A stretch of DNA of 64,000 nucleotides, from assembly GCA_049514515.1 (NCBI GenBank), contig JBEKUZ010000014.1, forward strand, positions 2,955-66,954. The letters run 5' to 3'. The notes beneath the pieces are model-generated. The model was not told the origin of the DNA and did not search any database. It saw only the letters and a program-made list of their open reading frames with translations. Positions 1-9,788 of the stretch are shown here, piece after piece (the first letter of the stretch is position 1; each line of letters begins with the position of its first letter). The position numbers and the translations under genes are program-made. This DNA is from Thermodesulfobacteriota bacterium. GTDB taxonomy: Bacteria; Desulfobacterota; BSN033; UBA1163.

Positions 1-257
1 TTGAAGCCGACCCAGCATTGAAGGATTTTAATACCATGATGGTCAAGACCCATTTGAGCCTGACTCATGATCCAGCTATCAAAGGAGTACCCAAGGGTTG
101 GATACTCCCGGTTCGTGATGTTTTAATCTTTGCCGGTGCAAAGTTCCTCTGTCCGATGACCGGAGCCATCAGCCTAATGCCAGGAACCAGCTCTGATCCC
201 GCGTTTAGAAGGGTGGATGTTGATGTGAATACCGGCAAAGTAACGGGGCTCTTCTAA
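1..257 (+). CDS. fhs: formate--tetrahydrofolate ligase, C-terminal fragment (gene starts upstream of window)
   Basis: The translation ...[41 protein letters not shown] matches the conserved FTHFS C-terminus (...ALTGAIMTMPGLPKVPAA..IDVDENGKI.GLF). The reading frame is open from the window edge. Confidence 0.75.
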   Translation, partial: EADPALKDFNTMMVKTHLSLTHDPAIKGVPKGWILPVRDVLIFAGAKFLCPMTGAISLMPGTSSDPAFRRVDVDVNTGKVTGLF

Positions 258-282
258 GAAGAGACTCCACTCATGATCAATC

Positions 283-332
283 CCTACCTCCCCCGCTTCT
301 ATAAGCGGGGGAGGTAGGGGATCTAAATTTTT
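283..332 (+). terminator. 17-bp perfect G/C-rich hairpin (CCCTACCTCCCCCGCTT-ctat-AAGCGGGGGAGGTAGGG) followed by a T-rich tract; putative intrinsic terminator of fhs
   Basis: Perfect inverted repeat at 283-299 and 304-320, then gatctaaattttt. Confidence 0.6.
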
Positions 333-352
333 CAATCCTTCCTCTATCGAAA

Positions 353-2401
353 TTGAGGCAGGATTGGGTTACAATTACTTTGTTAATGCCAAAGCATAAT
401 GTAGTCTTCCTACCCAGCGAAAGAAAAATTTCAGTAGATGAGGAGGAGAACCTGCTTCAAGCCGCTATGGAGGCAGGAATTCATATCAATGCCTCTTGCG
501 GCGGAAGTGCAACGTGTGGAAAGTGTAAAGTCAAAATTGTGAAAGGAGCCGTTGATTCCCCCAAACATCCAAAACTCACCCAGTGGGAATATGACCAAGG
601 ATTTCGTCTTGCCTGCCTGACACCGATTCGTGACGATATCGACGTCGAGATCCCCATCGAATCACAGGTTGACAGATCTGTCCTTGCCCTCAAAGGCGAT
701 CGAGAGGCTCATAAATACCTCCTCTCTCCGCAGGATATTTACCAACTGGTTAAAGGGTGGGATGTCGATCCAGCGGTATTCAAAAGATATGTCGAGCTTG
801 AACCTCCTTCACTTAAGAATAACGCAAGTGACCTGACCCGTCTGATCAATGCACTGGATCGACAGCATGGCATTGAAGGGATATCCGCTGACTTCCGTGT
901 GATCATGAAGTTGAGTCGCATCCTTCGGGAATCGGATTGGAAGGTCACGGCTACGCTGGTTCTAACAAAAAAGGGCTATAAATTAGTCAATGTGGAACCT
1001 GGAGACAACACCCATCAGAACTATTCGATCGTTTTGGACATCGGAACCACGACGATCTTTGGTCAACTCCTCGACCTCAACGGATGCGTGGTCTATGCCT
1101 GTCCGGGCGGCCTGTGTGATGGATCCACTCTCTTCGCCCTGGCTGAAGCATCGGATTACAATGCCCAGATCAGTTATGGAGAAGATGTGATCACGCGGAT
1201 CGTCTACTCCCAGAGGCCTGGAGGACTCAAGAAATTACAGGAGGTCGTTGTCTCCACCATCAACAAAATCATCCAGGAATTGCTCCAAATGAGCAAAATC
1301 GATCGATCTCTGATCTCCCATCTGGTGATTGCCGGCAATACCACGATGACCCAGCTCCTTTTGAGACTGGACCCGAAATATATTCGAGAAGCCCCCTATG
1401 TTCCGACAGCCAACTTCATCCCACCGGTGAGAGCCGTCCACCTTGGAATCAATATCGGGGATCATGTCCATGTCTATATTTTCCCGATGGTGGCGAGTTA
1501 CGTCGGCGGAGATATTGTGGCCGGGATTTTAGGCTCCGGGGTTTTTCAAAGGGAGACCCTCACCCTATATATGGATATCGGTACGAATGGAGAGATCGTT
1601 CTCGGGAATAAAGACTGGCTGGCCAGTGTCTCCTGCTCTGCCGGTCCTGCCTTCGAAGGCGCAGGGGTTAAGTTCGGGATGAGGGCCACTCGCGGAGCCA
1701 TTGAAGAGGTCAGCATCAACCCTCGGACTTACGAGCCGATGATCCTCACCATTGGAAGGACGAAACCCATCGGCATCTGCGGGTCGGGCCTGATCGACTC
1801 GGTGGCGGAGTTTCTGGAAGCAGGGATGATTGACCAGAATGGGAAGTTTAGAAGGGACCTGTCCACGGACCGTGTTCGAATGGGACCCGACGGCTATGAA
1901 TATGTCCTGGCGCGGAAAGAGGAGACGCTCATCCACGAGGACATCGTCCTGACCGAGATCGATATCGAAAACTTAATCCGTACCAAAGCCGCCATCTATG
2001 CCGGCTGTAAGGTCTTGTTGAGCAGTGTCGGACTGGATTTTAAGGACCTTGAGCAGGTCATCATTGCTGGCGGATTCGGACGCCATCTCGATTTGGAAAA
2101 GGCAATCTTCATTGGCCTCTTGCCGGAGATCGATATCGAGAAATTTATCTTTGTCGGCAACGGCTCCTTGCTCGGGGCAAGGCTCCTCTCCTTCTCTAAG
2201 AACCTCCTGAAGGAGACGGAGCGAATCGCGTTGATGATGACGAACCTCGAATTGAGCAACCACCCCACGTTTATGGGCGAATTCATTGGGGCGATGTTTC
2301 TCCCCCACACGGATGTCTCTGCCTTCCCGAAAGTGATGGAAAGGCTTTACCGGATGAAAAGGGAGGTTCAATCGGAGAGGACGGTTGAAGGACAACTTTG
2401 A
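353..2401 (+). CDS. acsV: corrinoid activation/regeneration protein (RACo-type): N-terminal [2Fe-2S] plant-type ferredoxin domain plus an ASKHA ATPase domain
   Basis: N-terminus ...INASCGGSATCGKCKVKIV ([2Fe-2S] ferredoxin) followed by a large ASKHA-fold region. Length is about 650-680 aa and the gene sits at the head of the acs operon. The ORF-track start at 353 is TTG; the ATG at 386 (MPKHNVV...) is the more likely start. Confidence 0.8.
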   Translation: MRQDWVTITLLMPKHNVVFLPSERKISVDEEENLLQAAMEAGIHINASCGGSATCGKCKVKIVKGAVDSPKHPKLTQWEYDQGFRLACLTPIRDDIDVEIPIESQVDRSVLALKGDREAHKYLLSPQDIYQLVKGWDVDPAVFKRYVELEPPSLKNNASDLTRLINALDRQHGIEGISADFRVIMKLSRILRESDWKVTATLVLTKKGYKLVNVEPGDNTHQNYSIVLDIGTTTIFGQLLDLNGCVVYACPGGLCDGSTLFALAEASDYNAQISYGEDVITRIVYSQRPGGLKKLQEVVVSTINKIIQELLQMSKIDRSLISHLVIAGNTTMTQLLLRLDPKYIREAPYVPTANFIPPVRAVHLGINIGDHVHVYIFPMVASYVGGDIVAGILGSGVFQRETLTLYMDIGTNGEIVLGNKDWLASVSCSAGPAFEGAGVKFGMRATRGAIEEVSINPRTYEPMILTIGRTKPIGICGSGLIDSVAEFLEAGMIDQNGKFRRDLSTDRVRMGPDGYEYVLARKEETLIHEDIVLTEIDIENLIRTKAAIYAGCKVLLSSVGLDFKDLEQVIIAGGFGRHLDLEKAIFIGLLPEIDIEKFIFVGNGSLLGARLLSFSKNLLKETERIALMMTNLELSNHPTFMGEFIGAMFLPHTDVSAFPKVMERLYRMKREVQSERTVEGQL

Positions 2402-3144
2402 GCTTTACGATTGCGGTCTCAGGAAAAGGAGGAACGGGCAAAACCACTCTGGCTGGAATGATCATTCGGTTTCTCTTGGACAAAGGGAAAGGCCCTATTC
2501 TGGCCGTGGATGCGGATTCGAATTCGAACCTCAACGAGGTTTTGGGCGTACAGATCAGGTCCACCATCGGCGAAACCCGTGAGACGATGAAGAAGGATGT
2601 CCCTGTTGGAATGACGAAAGACATCTGGTTTGAATACAAGGTCCAGGAAGCCCTGACCGAGGCCAGAGGATTCGACCTCATCGCGATGGGACGCCCGGAG
2701 GGTCCGGGCTGTTATTGTGCGGCGAATACCTTGGCCAGAAAATGTTTGGATCTATTGACTGGAAATTACCAATACATCGTGATCGATAACGAAGCGGGGA
2801 TGGAGCATTTCAGCCGACTGACGACCCGGGATGTCGATCTTCTTTTTATCCTCTCGGATTCCAGCCAGCGGGGTATCTTAACCGCCTCGCGGATTCGCGA
2901 CCTCATCCATGCGTTGGACCTCCGCATCGTCCGTGAGGTACTGGTCGTCAACCGGGTTCAGGGTGAACCTGGTTCTGAATTCTATGAGGAAGTCAAGAAA
3001 CAAAATCTCGAATTGGGAGGGGTCCTCCCTGTCGACGAAGAGGTGTACCGTTACGATTCGGAAGGCAAACCGACTTTTCAACTGCCCTTGGAGTCAAAGG
3101 CGGTTCAATCCGCCCGACGTATCTTTGAGAAATACATTCAGTAA
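2398..3144 (+). CDS. cooC: CO dehydrogenase/ACS nickel-insertion accessory ATPase (CooC/AcsF, MinD-type P-loop)
   Basis: Walker A motif SGKGGTGKTT and the DADSNSNL motif. The TTG start overlaps the acsV stop (TTGA), which suggests translational coupling. Confidence 0.85.
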   Translation: MSFTIAVSGKGGTGKTTLAGMIIRFLLDKGKGPILAVDADSNSNLNEVLGVQIRSTIGETRETMKKDVPVGMTKDIWFEYKVQEALTEARGFDLIAMGRPEGPGCYCAANTLARKCLDLLTGNYQYIVIDNEAGMEHFSRLTTRDVDLLFILSDSSQRGILTASRIRDLIHALDLRIVREVLVVNRVQGEPGSEFYEEVKKQNLELGGVLPVDEEVYRYDSEGKPTFQLPLESKAVQSARRIFEKYIQ

Positions 3145-3219
3145 GGCATGCGGAAGATTTTACGATTCACGAGGCACGTGATACGGATAACGATATCATC
3201 TTAAGGGGAGGTAAAAAAG

Positions 3220-4110
3220 ATGACGGCAAAATTGATCAATGGAAATGAAGTCGCTCAACAGATTCGGGAGGAACTCAAGCAGGAAACAGCTCGGCTCAAG
3301 GAAAAATACAATGTCATCCCAGGGTTGGTAACCATCCTCGTAGGCGAGAACCCTGCTTCGGTGAGTTACGTGACGGCAAAGCAGAAGACATCCAAGGAGT
3401 TGGGGTTCTACTCGATTCAGGATAACCAACCTGCCACCATTAAGGAAGAAGATTTGCTCAAATTGATCGACAAATATAATAAGGATCCTAAGATCCACGG
3501 CATCCTGGTCCAGCTTCCTCTGCCCAAGCACATCAATGAGACAAAAATCCTTTACGCCATCGATCCGAAAAAAGACGTGGATGGGTTCCATCCGGTCAAT
3601 GTCGGGAAATTGATGATTGGCGAAGCGGATTATCTCCCCTGCACGCCGGCAGGAATCCAACAGCTTCTGATTCGAGCCGGTACAAAGATCGACGGCGCAG
3701 AGGTCGTCGTCGTGGGAAGATCGAACATCGTGGGGAAACCTATTGCCAATATCCTCTTGCAAAAACAGAAAGGGGCCAACGCAACGGTGACGATATGCCA
3801 TACGGGTACAAAGGATATGGCATTTCATACGAAGAGAGCGGACATCCTCATCGTTGCCGCCGGAAAGCCCAAGGCGGTCACGGCGGATATGGTGAAGCAA
3901 GGGGCAGTGGTCATCGATGTGGGCGTCAACCGGATCGGAATGACCCCCGAAGGAAAGGCAAAACTCTGCGGTGATGTTGATTTTGAGGGAGTCAAGGAGA
4001 AGGCGAGTGCGATCACCCCGGTTCCCGGAGGAGTGGGGCCGATGACGATCACGATGCTGATGATGAATACCGTAAAGGCTGCCAAAGTGCATGCAGGAAT
4101 AACAAGTTAA
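3220..4110 (+). CDS. folD: bifunctional methylene-THF dehydrogenase/methenyl-THF cyclohydrolase
   Basis: Full-length FolD-like protein (296 aa) with conserved YVTAKQK, ILVQLPLP and DVDGFHP motifs. A strong SD (aaggggaggt) precedes the ATG. Confidence 0.9.
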   Translation: MTAKLINGNEVAQQIREELKQETARLKEKYNVIPGLVTILVGENPASVSYVTAKQKTSKELGFYSIQDNQPATIKEEDLLKLIDKYNKDPKIHGILVQLPLPKHINETKILYAIDPKKDVDGFHPVNVGKLMIGEADYLPCTPAGIQQLLIRAGTKIDGAEVVVVGRSNIVGKPIANILLQKQKGANATVTICHTGTKDMAFHTKRADILIVAAGKPKAVTADMVKQGAVVIDVGVNRIGMTPEGKAKLCGDVDFEGVKEKASAITPVPGGVGPMTITMLMMNTVKAAKVHAGITS

Positions 4111-4173
4111 GACTTATAAGTCAAGAGTTAGGAGTTAGGATTAAAATATTTTTTCTAGAAAGGAGGGTTCCGC

Positions 4174-4386
4174 GTGGCTGACCAATTCGAAGAAAAGGTG
4201 ACTTTCGACGGCAAGAAGGTAAAAGTATTGGGCCCCACTTTTGAGGATGGAAAACCCGAAACGCCCATCAACTGGAGGCAGAAGATGAGAAATCGGGATG
4301 AGATGCTCGCCTATCTCAAAACCGGGGAACGTTACTGGTTCAGCGAGGAATGGTTCGGTAGCGAAAAACGAAAGACGAAGGCCTAA
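4174..4386 (+). CDS. small hypothetical protein (70 aa) inside the acs operon
   Basis: GTG start preceded by aaaggaggg at ideal spacing. Placed between folD and acsD on the same strand. No recognisable motif. Confidence 0.5.
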   Translation: MADQFEEKVTFDGKKVKVLGPTFEDGKPETPINWRQKMRNRDEMLAYLKTGERYWFSEEWFGSEKRKTKA

Positions 4387-4404
4387 AAAAATAGTCAGAG
4401 GGAG

Positions 4405-5361
4405 GTGAGTGTCGTGGCATTTGAGATACCTAAAGTTACTTATACGGGAAAGATAAGAGAAGTCACGCTGGGAAAAGGACCAAAGGCTGTCACCGTGGGT
4501 GGAGAGACCTCCTACCCTTTTCACCTCTTTGAGGGAGCGATGCCCCATCCGCCCCGGATTGCCATGGAGGTTTATGACACGCCCCCGGAAGAATGGCCTG
4601 AAGCAGCCCTGGAACCCTTCAAGGATGTGGCCAAAGATCCTGTGGCCTGGGCCAAGAAATGTGTCCAGAGCTATGGGGCTGAGTTGATTGCTCTGCAACT
4701 CGTCAGCACCGATCCGAACGGCCTCAATCGTTCAAGCGACGAGGCCGCTCAAACAGCCAAGAAGGTGGCCAGCGCTGTGGATGTCCCGGTGATCGTATGG
4801 GGAAGCGGGAATGCCGATAAGGATGCAGACGTCCTCCGAAAAGTCGCTGAGACATGTGATGGGATGAATCTCGTCATCGGGCCCGTGGTGGAAGGAAACT
4901 ATAAACAGGTGGGCGCAGGAGCGATCGCATACAAACACACAGCAATCGCTTCCACTCCAATCGATATCAACCTGGCCAAACAGCTCAATATCCTCCTGGG
5001 AAATCTGGGCGTCCCGGATGGACAAATTATCGTCGACCCGACGACCGGCGGACTCGGATACGGGATCGAATATACCTATTCGGTCATGGAACGAGATCGG
5101 ATGGCTGCCCTCACACAACAAGACGAGAGGCTTCAATTCCCCATCCTCTGTAATATGGCCAAGGAGATTTGGAAGACGAAAGAAGCCAAGACAAAGACGG
5201 AAGATGCTCCCACTCTTGGCGACGCCAAGAAAAGAGGGATTCTCCTGGAGGCTGTTACCGCAGTCGTTCTTCTTTTGGCAGGGGCAGATGTTTTAGTGAT
5301 GAGACATCCTGAGGCCATCAAACTGGTCCGGGAGATGATCGCCGATTTTACGGCCAAATGA
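4405..5361 (+). CDS. acsD: corrinoid iron-sulfur protein small subunit (CdhD/AcsD, delta)
   Basis: 318-aa TIM-barrel-type CoFeSP small-subunit homolog in canonical position before cooS and acsB. The start may be the internal GTG at 4414, which has better SD spacing. Confidence 0.85.
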   Translation: MSVVAFEIPKVTYTGKIREVTLGKGPKAVTVGGETSYPFHLFEGAMPHPPRIAMEVYDTPPEEWPEAALEPFKDVAKDPVAWAKKCVQSYGAELIALQLVSTDPNGLNRSSDEAAQTAKKVASAVDVPVIVWGSGNADKDADVLRKVAETCDGMNLVIGPVVEGNYKQVGAGAIAYKHTAIASTPIDINLAKQLNILLGNLGVPDGQIIVDPTTGGLGYGIEYTYSVMERDRMAALTQQDERLQFPILCNMAKEIWKTKEAKTKTEDAPTLGDAKKRGILLEAVTAVVLLLAGADVLVMRHPEAIKLVREMIADFTAK

Positions 5362-5400
5362 TAATGATAAAGAGGGAGGGAAAAATAAGGAGGATAAAAA

Positions 5401-7368
5401 ATGTCAGACTTAGAGAAGAAAAGTATTGATCCAGCAACGATTAAAATGTTGAAGAAGGCTCAGGCGGACGGATGCGAGACGATCTTCGACCGGGCCGAAA
5501 CCATGAAGCCCTGTCCCATCGGTGCAGAGGGAAGTTGTTGTAAGAACTGCGCCATGGGACCCTGCCGAGTCCCCGCTCCTAAGAAAAAAGGAGAAACGGC
5601 TGCAGAAAAAACAAAACGGACGGGCCTCTGCGGTGCCACAGCAGAGACGATTTCAGCACGCAACTTCGCGCGAATGGTGGCAGCCGGGACAGCTGCCCAT
5701 TCAGACCATGCCCGCGGTATATCCGAAGTCTTTCTGGCGACCGCAAAGGGAGAGGTTCCCGGATTTCAGCTTAAAGACGAACAGAAACTCTACCAGGTTG
5801 CCATGGATTTCGGTGTGGAGATCGGTGACCGATCGATAAAAGACATCGCCGTCGACGTAGGTCATAAGGCCGTTGCCGAGTTTGGGCGGCAAGAGGGGGA
5901 GCCCCTCTTCATCAAAAGGGCCCCTCTAAAAAGGCAGGAGATCTGGAGAAAATTGGGAATCACCCCCCGGGGAATCGACCGAGAGGTCGTCGAACTCATG
6001 CACCGGACGCACATGGGGGTGGATCAAGATTATAGAAGTCTCTTGATGGCTGCCGCTCGCTGTGCCTTGGCCGATGGGTGGGGAGGTTCGATGATCTCAA
6101 CCGAGCTTCAGGACATCCTCTTTGGAAACCCGGTTCCCGTCTTTGGTCAGATCAATCTTGGAGTCTTGAAAAAGGACGAGGTGAACGTCGTCATTCACGG
6201 CCACGAGCCGCTACTTCCGGAAATTATGGCAGATGTGGTCCATGACCCTGACATTCAGCAGGCAGCCAAGGCTGTCGGGGCAAAGGGAGTTAATCTGGCC
6301 GGCATGTGCTGCTCTGCCAATGAGATCTTGATGCGCCACGGCATCCCTGTGGCGGGAAACTTTTTACAGCAAGAGTTAGCCATTGTCACGGGCGCTGTCG
6401 ATGCCATGGTGGTTGATGTCCAGTGTGAAATGCAGTCTTTGGCTCAGGTGGCCAAGTGCTACCACACCAAGTTGATCACCACCTCCGCCAAAGCCAAGAT
6501 CGACGGGGCCACCCACATTGAATTTGAAGAACACAATGCTCCCAATGTGGCGAAGAAGATTTTGATGGAGGGCATCCAGAACTTTAAGAACAGAAAACCA
6601 AACGTCGAGATCCCTTCCGACACTGCAGATCAGGTCGTGGGGTTTAGCCATGAAACGATCAACTACCTGCTGGGAGGGGTCTTCCGGGCCTCCTACCGGC
6701 CTCTTAACGACAATATTATTAACGGTCGTATCCGGGGAATCGCTGGCGTGGTGGGCTGCAACAATGCACGAGTGACCCACGACGATCCCAACCTCACCTT
6801 GATCAAGGAATTGATCAAGAATGACGTGATCGTTCTGGTCACCGGGTGCAGCGCCATGGCCTGCGGCAAAGCAGGGCTCCTCACCCCGGAAGCTGCCCGG
6901 CAATATGCAGGCGCCGGTCTCGCCTCGGTCTGTGAGGCCGTCGGCATTCCACCCGTTCTTCACATGGGTTCCTGCGTGGACAATAGCAGGATCCTCATGG
7001 CAGCCACCGCAGTCGTTAAAGATGGAGGGCTGGGAGACGATATTAGCGACCTTCCGGCAGCCGGTGCAGCCCTGGAGTGGATGAGCGAAAAAGCCGTGGC
7101 CATCGGCCATTACTTCGTCGCGTCAGGGGTCTTCACGGTATTTGGCACAACGTGGCCCACCACAGGTAGCGAAGAGGTGACCAAGCTTCTCTTCGAGGAG
7201 TTCGAGAATACCGTAAAAGGGAAATGGGGTTTCGAACCAGATCCAATCAAGGCTGCTAAATTGATGATCGAGCATATCGACAAGAAAAGGAAGGCTCTGG
7301 GCATCGACAAAGCCCGAGAACGTGTGCTCTTCGACATGGCCAAACGCCGCGAACTGGATGCGGCCTAA
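5401..7368 (+). CDS. cooS: Ni-Fe carbon monoxide dehydrogenase catalytic subunit (CooS/AcsA)
   Basis: 655 aa with the N-terminal Cys cluster (CPIGAEGSCCKNCAMGPC) and a TGLCGATAET-type motif. SD aaggagg precedes the ATG. Confidence 0.92.
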   Translation: MSDLEKKSIDPATIKMLKKAQADGCETIFDRAETMKPCPIGAEGSCCKNCAMGPCRVPAPKKKGETAAEKTKRTGLCGATAETISARNFARMVAAGTAAHSDHARGISEVFLATAKGEVPGFQLKDEQKLYQVAMDFGVEIGDRSIKDIAVDVGHKAVAEFGRQEGEPLFIKRAPLKRQEIWRKLGITPRGIDREVVELMHRTHMGVDQDYRSLLMAAARCALADGWGGSMISTELQDILFGNPVPVFGQINLGVLKKDEVNVVIHGHEPLLPEIMADVVHDPDIQQAAKAVGAKGVNLAGMCCSANEILMRHGIPVAGNFLQQELAIVTGAVDAMVVDVQCEMQSLAQVAKCYHTKLITTSAKAKIDGATHIEFEEHNAPNVAKKILMEGIQNFKNRKPNVEIPSDTADQVVGFSHETINYLLGGVFRASYRPLNDNIINGRIRGIAGVVGCNNARVTHDDPNLTLIKELIKNDVIVLVTGCSAMACGKAGLLTPEAARQYAGAGLASVCEAVGIPPVLHMGSCVDNSRILMAATAVVKDGGLGDDISDLPAAGAALEWMSEKAVAIGHYFVASGVFTVFGTTWPTTGSEEVTKLLFEEFENTVKGKWGFEPDPIKAAKLMIEHIDKKRKALGIDKARERVLFDMAKRRELDAA

Positions 7369-7380
7369 GATTCAAAAATA

Positions 7381-7451
7381 ACGTGTCCGTGCCCCGTGTC
7401 GCGTGTCCGTGATAAAAAAAACGGACACGGATAACGGACACGGTCACGAAT
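7381..7451. repeat. intercistronic hairpin built from 2x CGTGTCCGTG, an A8 loop, and 2x CGGACACGG(TCACG)
   Basis: cgtgtccgtg appears twice, then aaaaaaaa, then cggacacgg appears twice. Core copies occur again at 11143-11205, 25660-25692 and 27893-27955. Confidence 0.8.
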
Positions 7452-7471
7452 CATGGAAGGAGGAATAGAAC

Positions 7472-9679
7472 GTGTCAAAGATCATTGCATCTGCTGCCAT
7501 CAGAGGCGCTCATAAGATTGTGGAAAGGGCCGAAACGAAATATCAGGAGGCCCTTAAGAAATGGGGACCGGACCAGGAGGTGGGTTTTCCAAACACGGCT
7601 TACTATCTCCCCGTGATCTATGCGATCCTCGGAATCCCCGTCCAGAAGATAGCGGATATGAAGCCGGTGTTAGATCGTTGCCGGACCTTGCTACCCCCCC
7701 TCGTGAAAGAAAAGGTCGCCCTTCCCTACCTGGCACCTGCCCTCGACGCGGGAATGGCCACTTTCTTTGCGGAGGAGATCATCGAGTCCATCCGGTACCT
7801 GGAAACCCCCAACTTTTACACGAAACAGGAAGACCCCCTGCCCGAGAATATCTGGCTGGGAGCGGCCGACGATGTGATCTTCCGCAAACGTGGCGTTGAA
7901 TTCGTGGACGGAACAGCGCCCGGATTTGCTGCGATCGCAGGCGCCGCGCCCTCGCCGGAAGTAGCTAAAAAAATTGCCATCGAACTTCAGGAGAAGAACC
8001 TCTATATCTTCATGTGCGCGGAGAACGAAGGCAAGCGTTTCTCCCAACAGTTGGTCGAGGCAGGTGTTCAGATCGGATGGCCTACCCGTCTCGTCTCCTT
8101 TGGACCGGATATCAGCGCCGCGGTGTTTGCCATGGGGTTTGCCTGCCGGGTCGCCATGGCCTTTGGCGGTATCAAACCCGGAGATTTTCGAAAGAATTTG
8201 ATTTACAACAAGGACCGAACCTTCGCCTTTGTCATGCCCTTGGGATATGTCAACGATGAGTGGTATGCCAATGCCGCGGGCGCCATCAATTGGGGGTTCC
8301 CGACGATCGCAGATACCCCCATTCCGGAGGTTCTACCTTCCGGCATCTGTACATACGAACACGTGGTCTCCAACATCCCCCACGATCAGATCGTCCAGAG
8401 GGCCGTCGAGGTGAGAGGATTGAAGGTGACCGTCGCTTCTGTTCCCATCCCGGTCTCTTACGGTCCCGCCTTCGAAGGCGAGCGGGTCAGGGGAGAGGAT
8501 ATCTACCTGGAGTGTGGCGGGGGACGAACCCATGCCGTGGAATGGGTGACTTCCAAGAACATGGATGAGGTTGAGGACGGAAAGGTCGATGTGATCGGTC
8601 CTGATTTGGATAAGATAAAACCACCCGGTCAACTCCCCCTCGCGATTGTCGCGGAAGTCGCAGGCCGACAGATGCAGGAGGATTTCGAGCCAATTCTGGA
8701 GAGACAAATCCACCATCTCATCAACTATGCCCAGGGGATCATGCATATTGGTCAAAGGGACATCGCCTGGTTAAGAGTCGGTAAGGGATCGGTGGAAAAA
8801 GGATTTCGTCTCTCCCATCTCGGTAAGATTCTCCATGCAAAGTTCCATCAGGACTTTGGAGCCATCTTCGACAAAGTCCAGGTCAAAGTCTATACGGATA
8901 AAGAAAAAGTGGACGAAATGCTTGCCAAAGCAAGAGACGTCTACAGAAAACGAGATGCCCGCATCGAAGGAATGACCGACGAGACCACGGACATTTTCTA
9001 CTCCTGCACGCTTTGTCAATCCTTTGCACCCAACCATGTCTGTGTCATCAGTCCGGAAAGGACCGGGCTCTGCGGTGCTTACAACTGGATGGACTGCAAA
9101 GCTGCGTTTGAAATCAATCCCACCGGGCCGAATCAACCCGTCCAGAAGGGAGAGATGATCGATACAAAGCTTGGCCGGTGGAAGGGAGTCGACGAATTCG
9201 TGTTCAAGGCCTCCCGTCAGAAAATCGATCACTACAATTTCTATAGCCTAGTTTACGATCCGATGACCACCTGCGGTTGTTGCGAATGCATTGCCGCTGT
9301 GCTTCCGATGTGCAATGGGGTGATGACCGTTAATCGGGATTTTACAGGAATGACCCCATGCGGAATGAAGTTCACCACTCTGGCAGGTTCTGTCGGTGGC
9401 GGCGCGGTGACACCGGGGTTTGTGGGCCACAGTAAATACAATATTACTCAGAGAAAGTGGTTAGTCGGAGATGGCGGTCTCAAAAGACTGGTCTGGATAC
9501 CCAAAATCCTCAAAGAAGAGATTGGAGAACGGTTGAAGAAACGAGCTCAAGAGATCGGCATTCCAAACCTACTGGATATGATTGCAGATGAAACCATTGG
9601 GGTGACGGAAGAGGAAATTCTTCCCTTCCTGACCGAGAAGAATCATCCGGCCCTCTCAATGGATCCGATTCTCGGATAA
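7472..9679 (+). CDS. acsB: acetyl-CoA synthase (CODH/ACS beta subunit, A-cluster)
   Basis: 735 aa, the typical bacterial AcsB length. Follows cooS, with SD ggaaggagg before the GTG/ATG start region. Confidence 0.9.
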   Translation: MSKIIASAAIRGAHKIVERAETKYQEALKKWGPDQEVGFPNTAYYLPVIYAILGIPVQKIADMKPVLDRCRTLLPPLVKEKVALPYLAPALDAGMATFFAEEIIESIRYLETPNFYTKQEDPLPENIWLGAADDVIFRKRGVEFVDGTAPGFAAIAGAAPSPEVAKKIAIELQEKNLYIFMCAENEGKRFSQQLVEAGVQIGWPTRLVSFGPDISAAVFAMGFACRVAMAFGGIKPGDFRKNLIYNKDRTFAFVMPLGYVNDEWYANAAGAINWGFPTIADTPIPEVLPSGICTYEHVVSNIPHDQIVQRAVEVRGLKVTVASVPIPVSYGPAFEGERVRGEDIYLECGGGRTHAVEWVTSKNMDEVEDGKVDVIGPDLDKIKPPGQLPLAIVAEVAGRQMQEDFEPILERQIHHLINYAQGIMHIGQRDIAWLRVGKGSVEKGFRLSHLGKILHAKFHQDFGAIFDKVQVKVYTDKEKVDEMLAKARDVYRKRDARIEGMTDETTDIFYSCTLCQSFAPNHVCVISPERTGLCGAYNWMDCKAAFEINPTGPNQPVQKGEMIDTKLGRWKGVDEFVFKASRQKIDHYNFYSLVYDPMTTCGCCECIAAVLPMCNGVMTVNRDFTGMTPCGMKFTTLAGSVGGGAVTPGFVGHSKYNITQRKWLVGDGGLKRLVWIPKILKEEIGERLKKRAQEIGIPNLLDMIADETIGVTEEEILPFLTEKNHPALSMDPILG

Positions 9680-9687
9680 TTGAAGCA

Positions 9688-9768
9688 AAGCGCTAAGCGC
9701 AGAGCGCATAGCGTTAAATCCTTATTACGAGAAGTTCGCTATGCGCCATGCTCTATGCGCTATGCGAA
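9688..9768. repeat. intercistronic hairpin of GCGCTAAGCGCAGAGCGCATAGCG / CGCTATGCGC...CGCTATGCG repeats between acsB and acsC
   Basis: Inverted copies of the GCGCATAGCG unit flank a loop of about 25 nt. Confidence 0.7.
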
Positions 9769-9788
9769 ATTGGAAAGGAGCGACTATC

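Noticed and set aside
3196-4092. 298-aa minus-strand ORF
   Set aside because: It lies entirely antisense to folD, which has strong homology and an RBS. It is a shadow ORF with an Arg/His-rich low-complexity translation.
6376-7110. 244-aa minus-strand ORF
   Set aside because: Antisense shadow of cooS, with no RBS and no domain signature.
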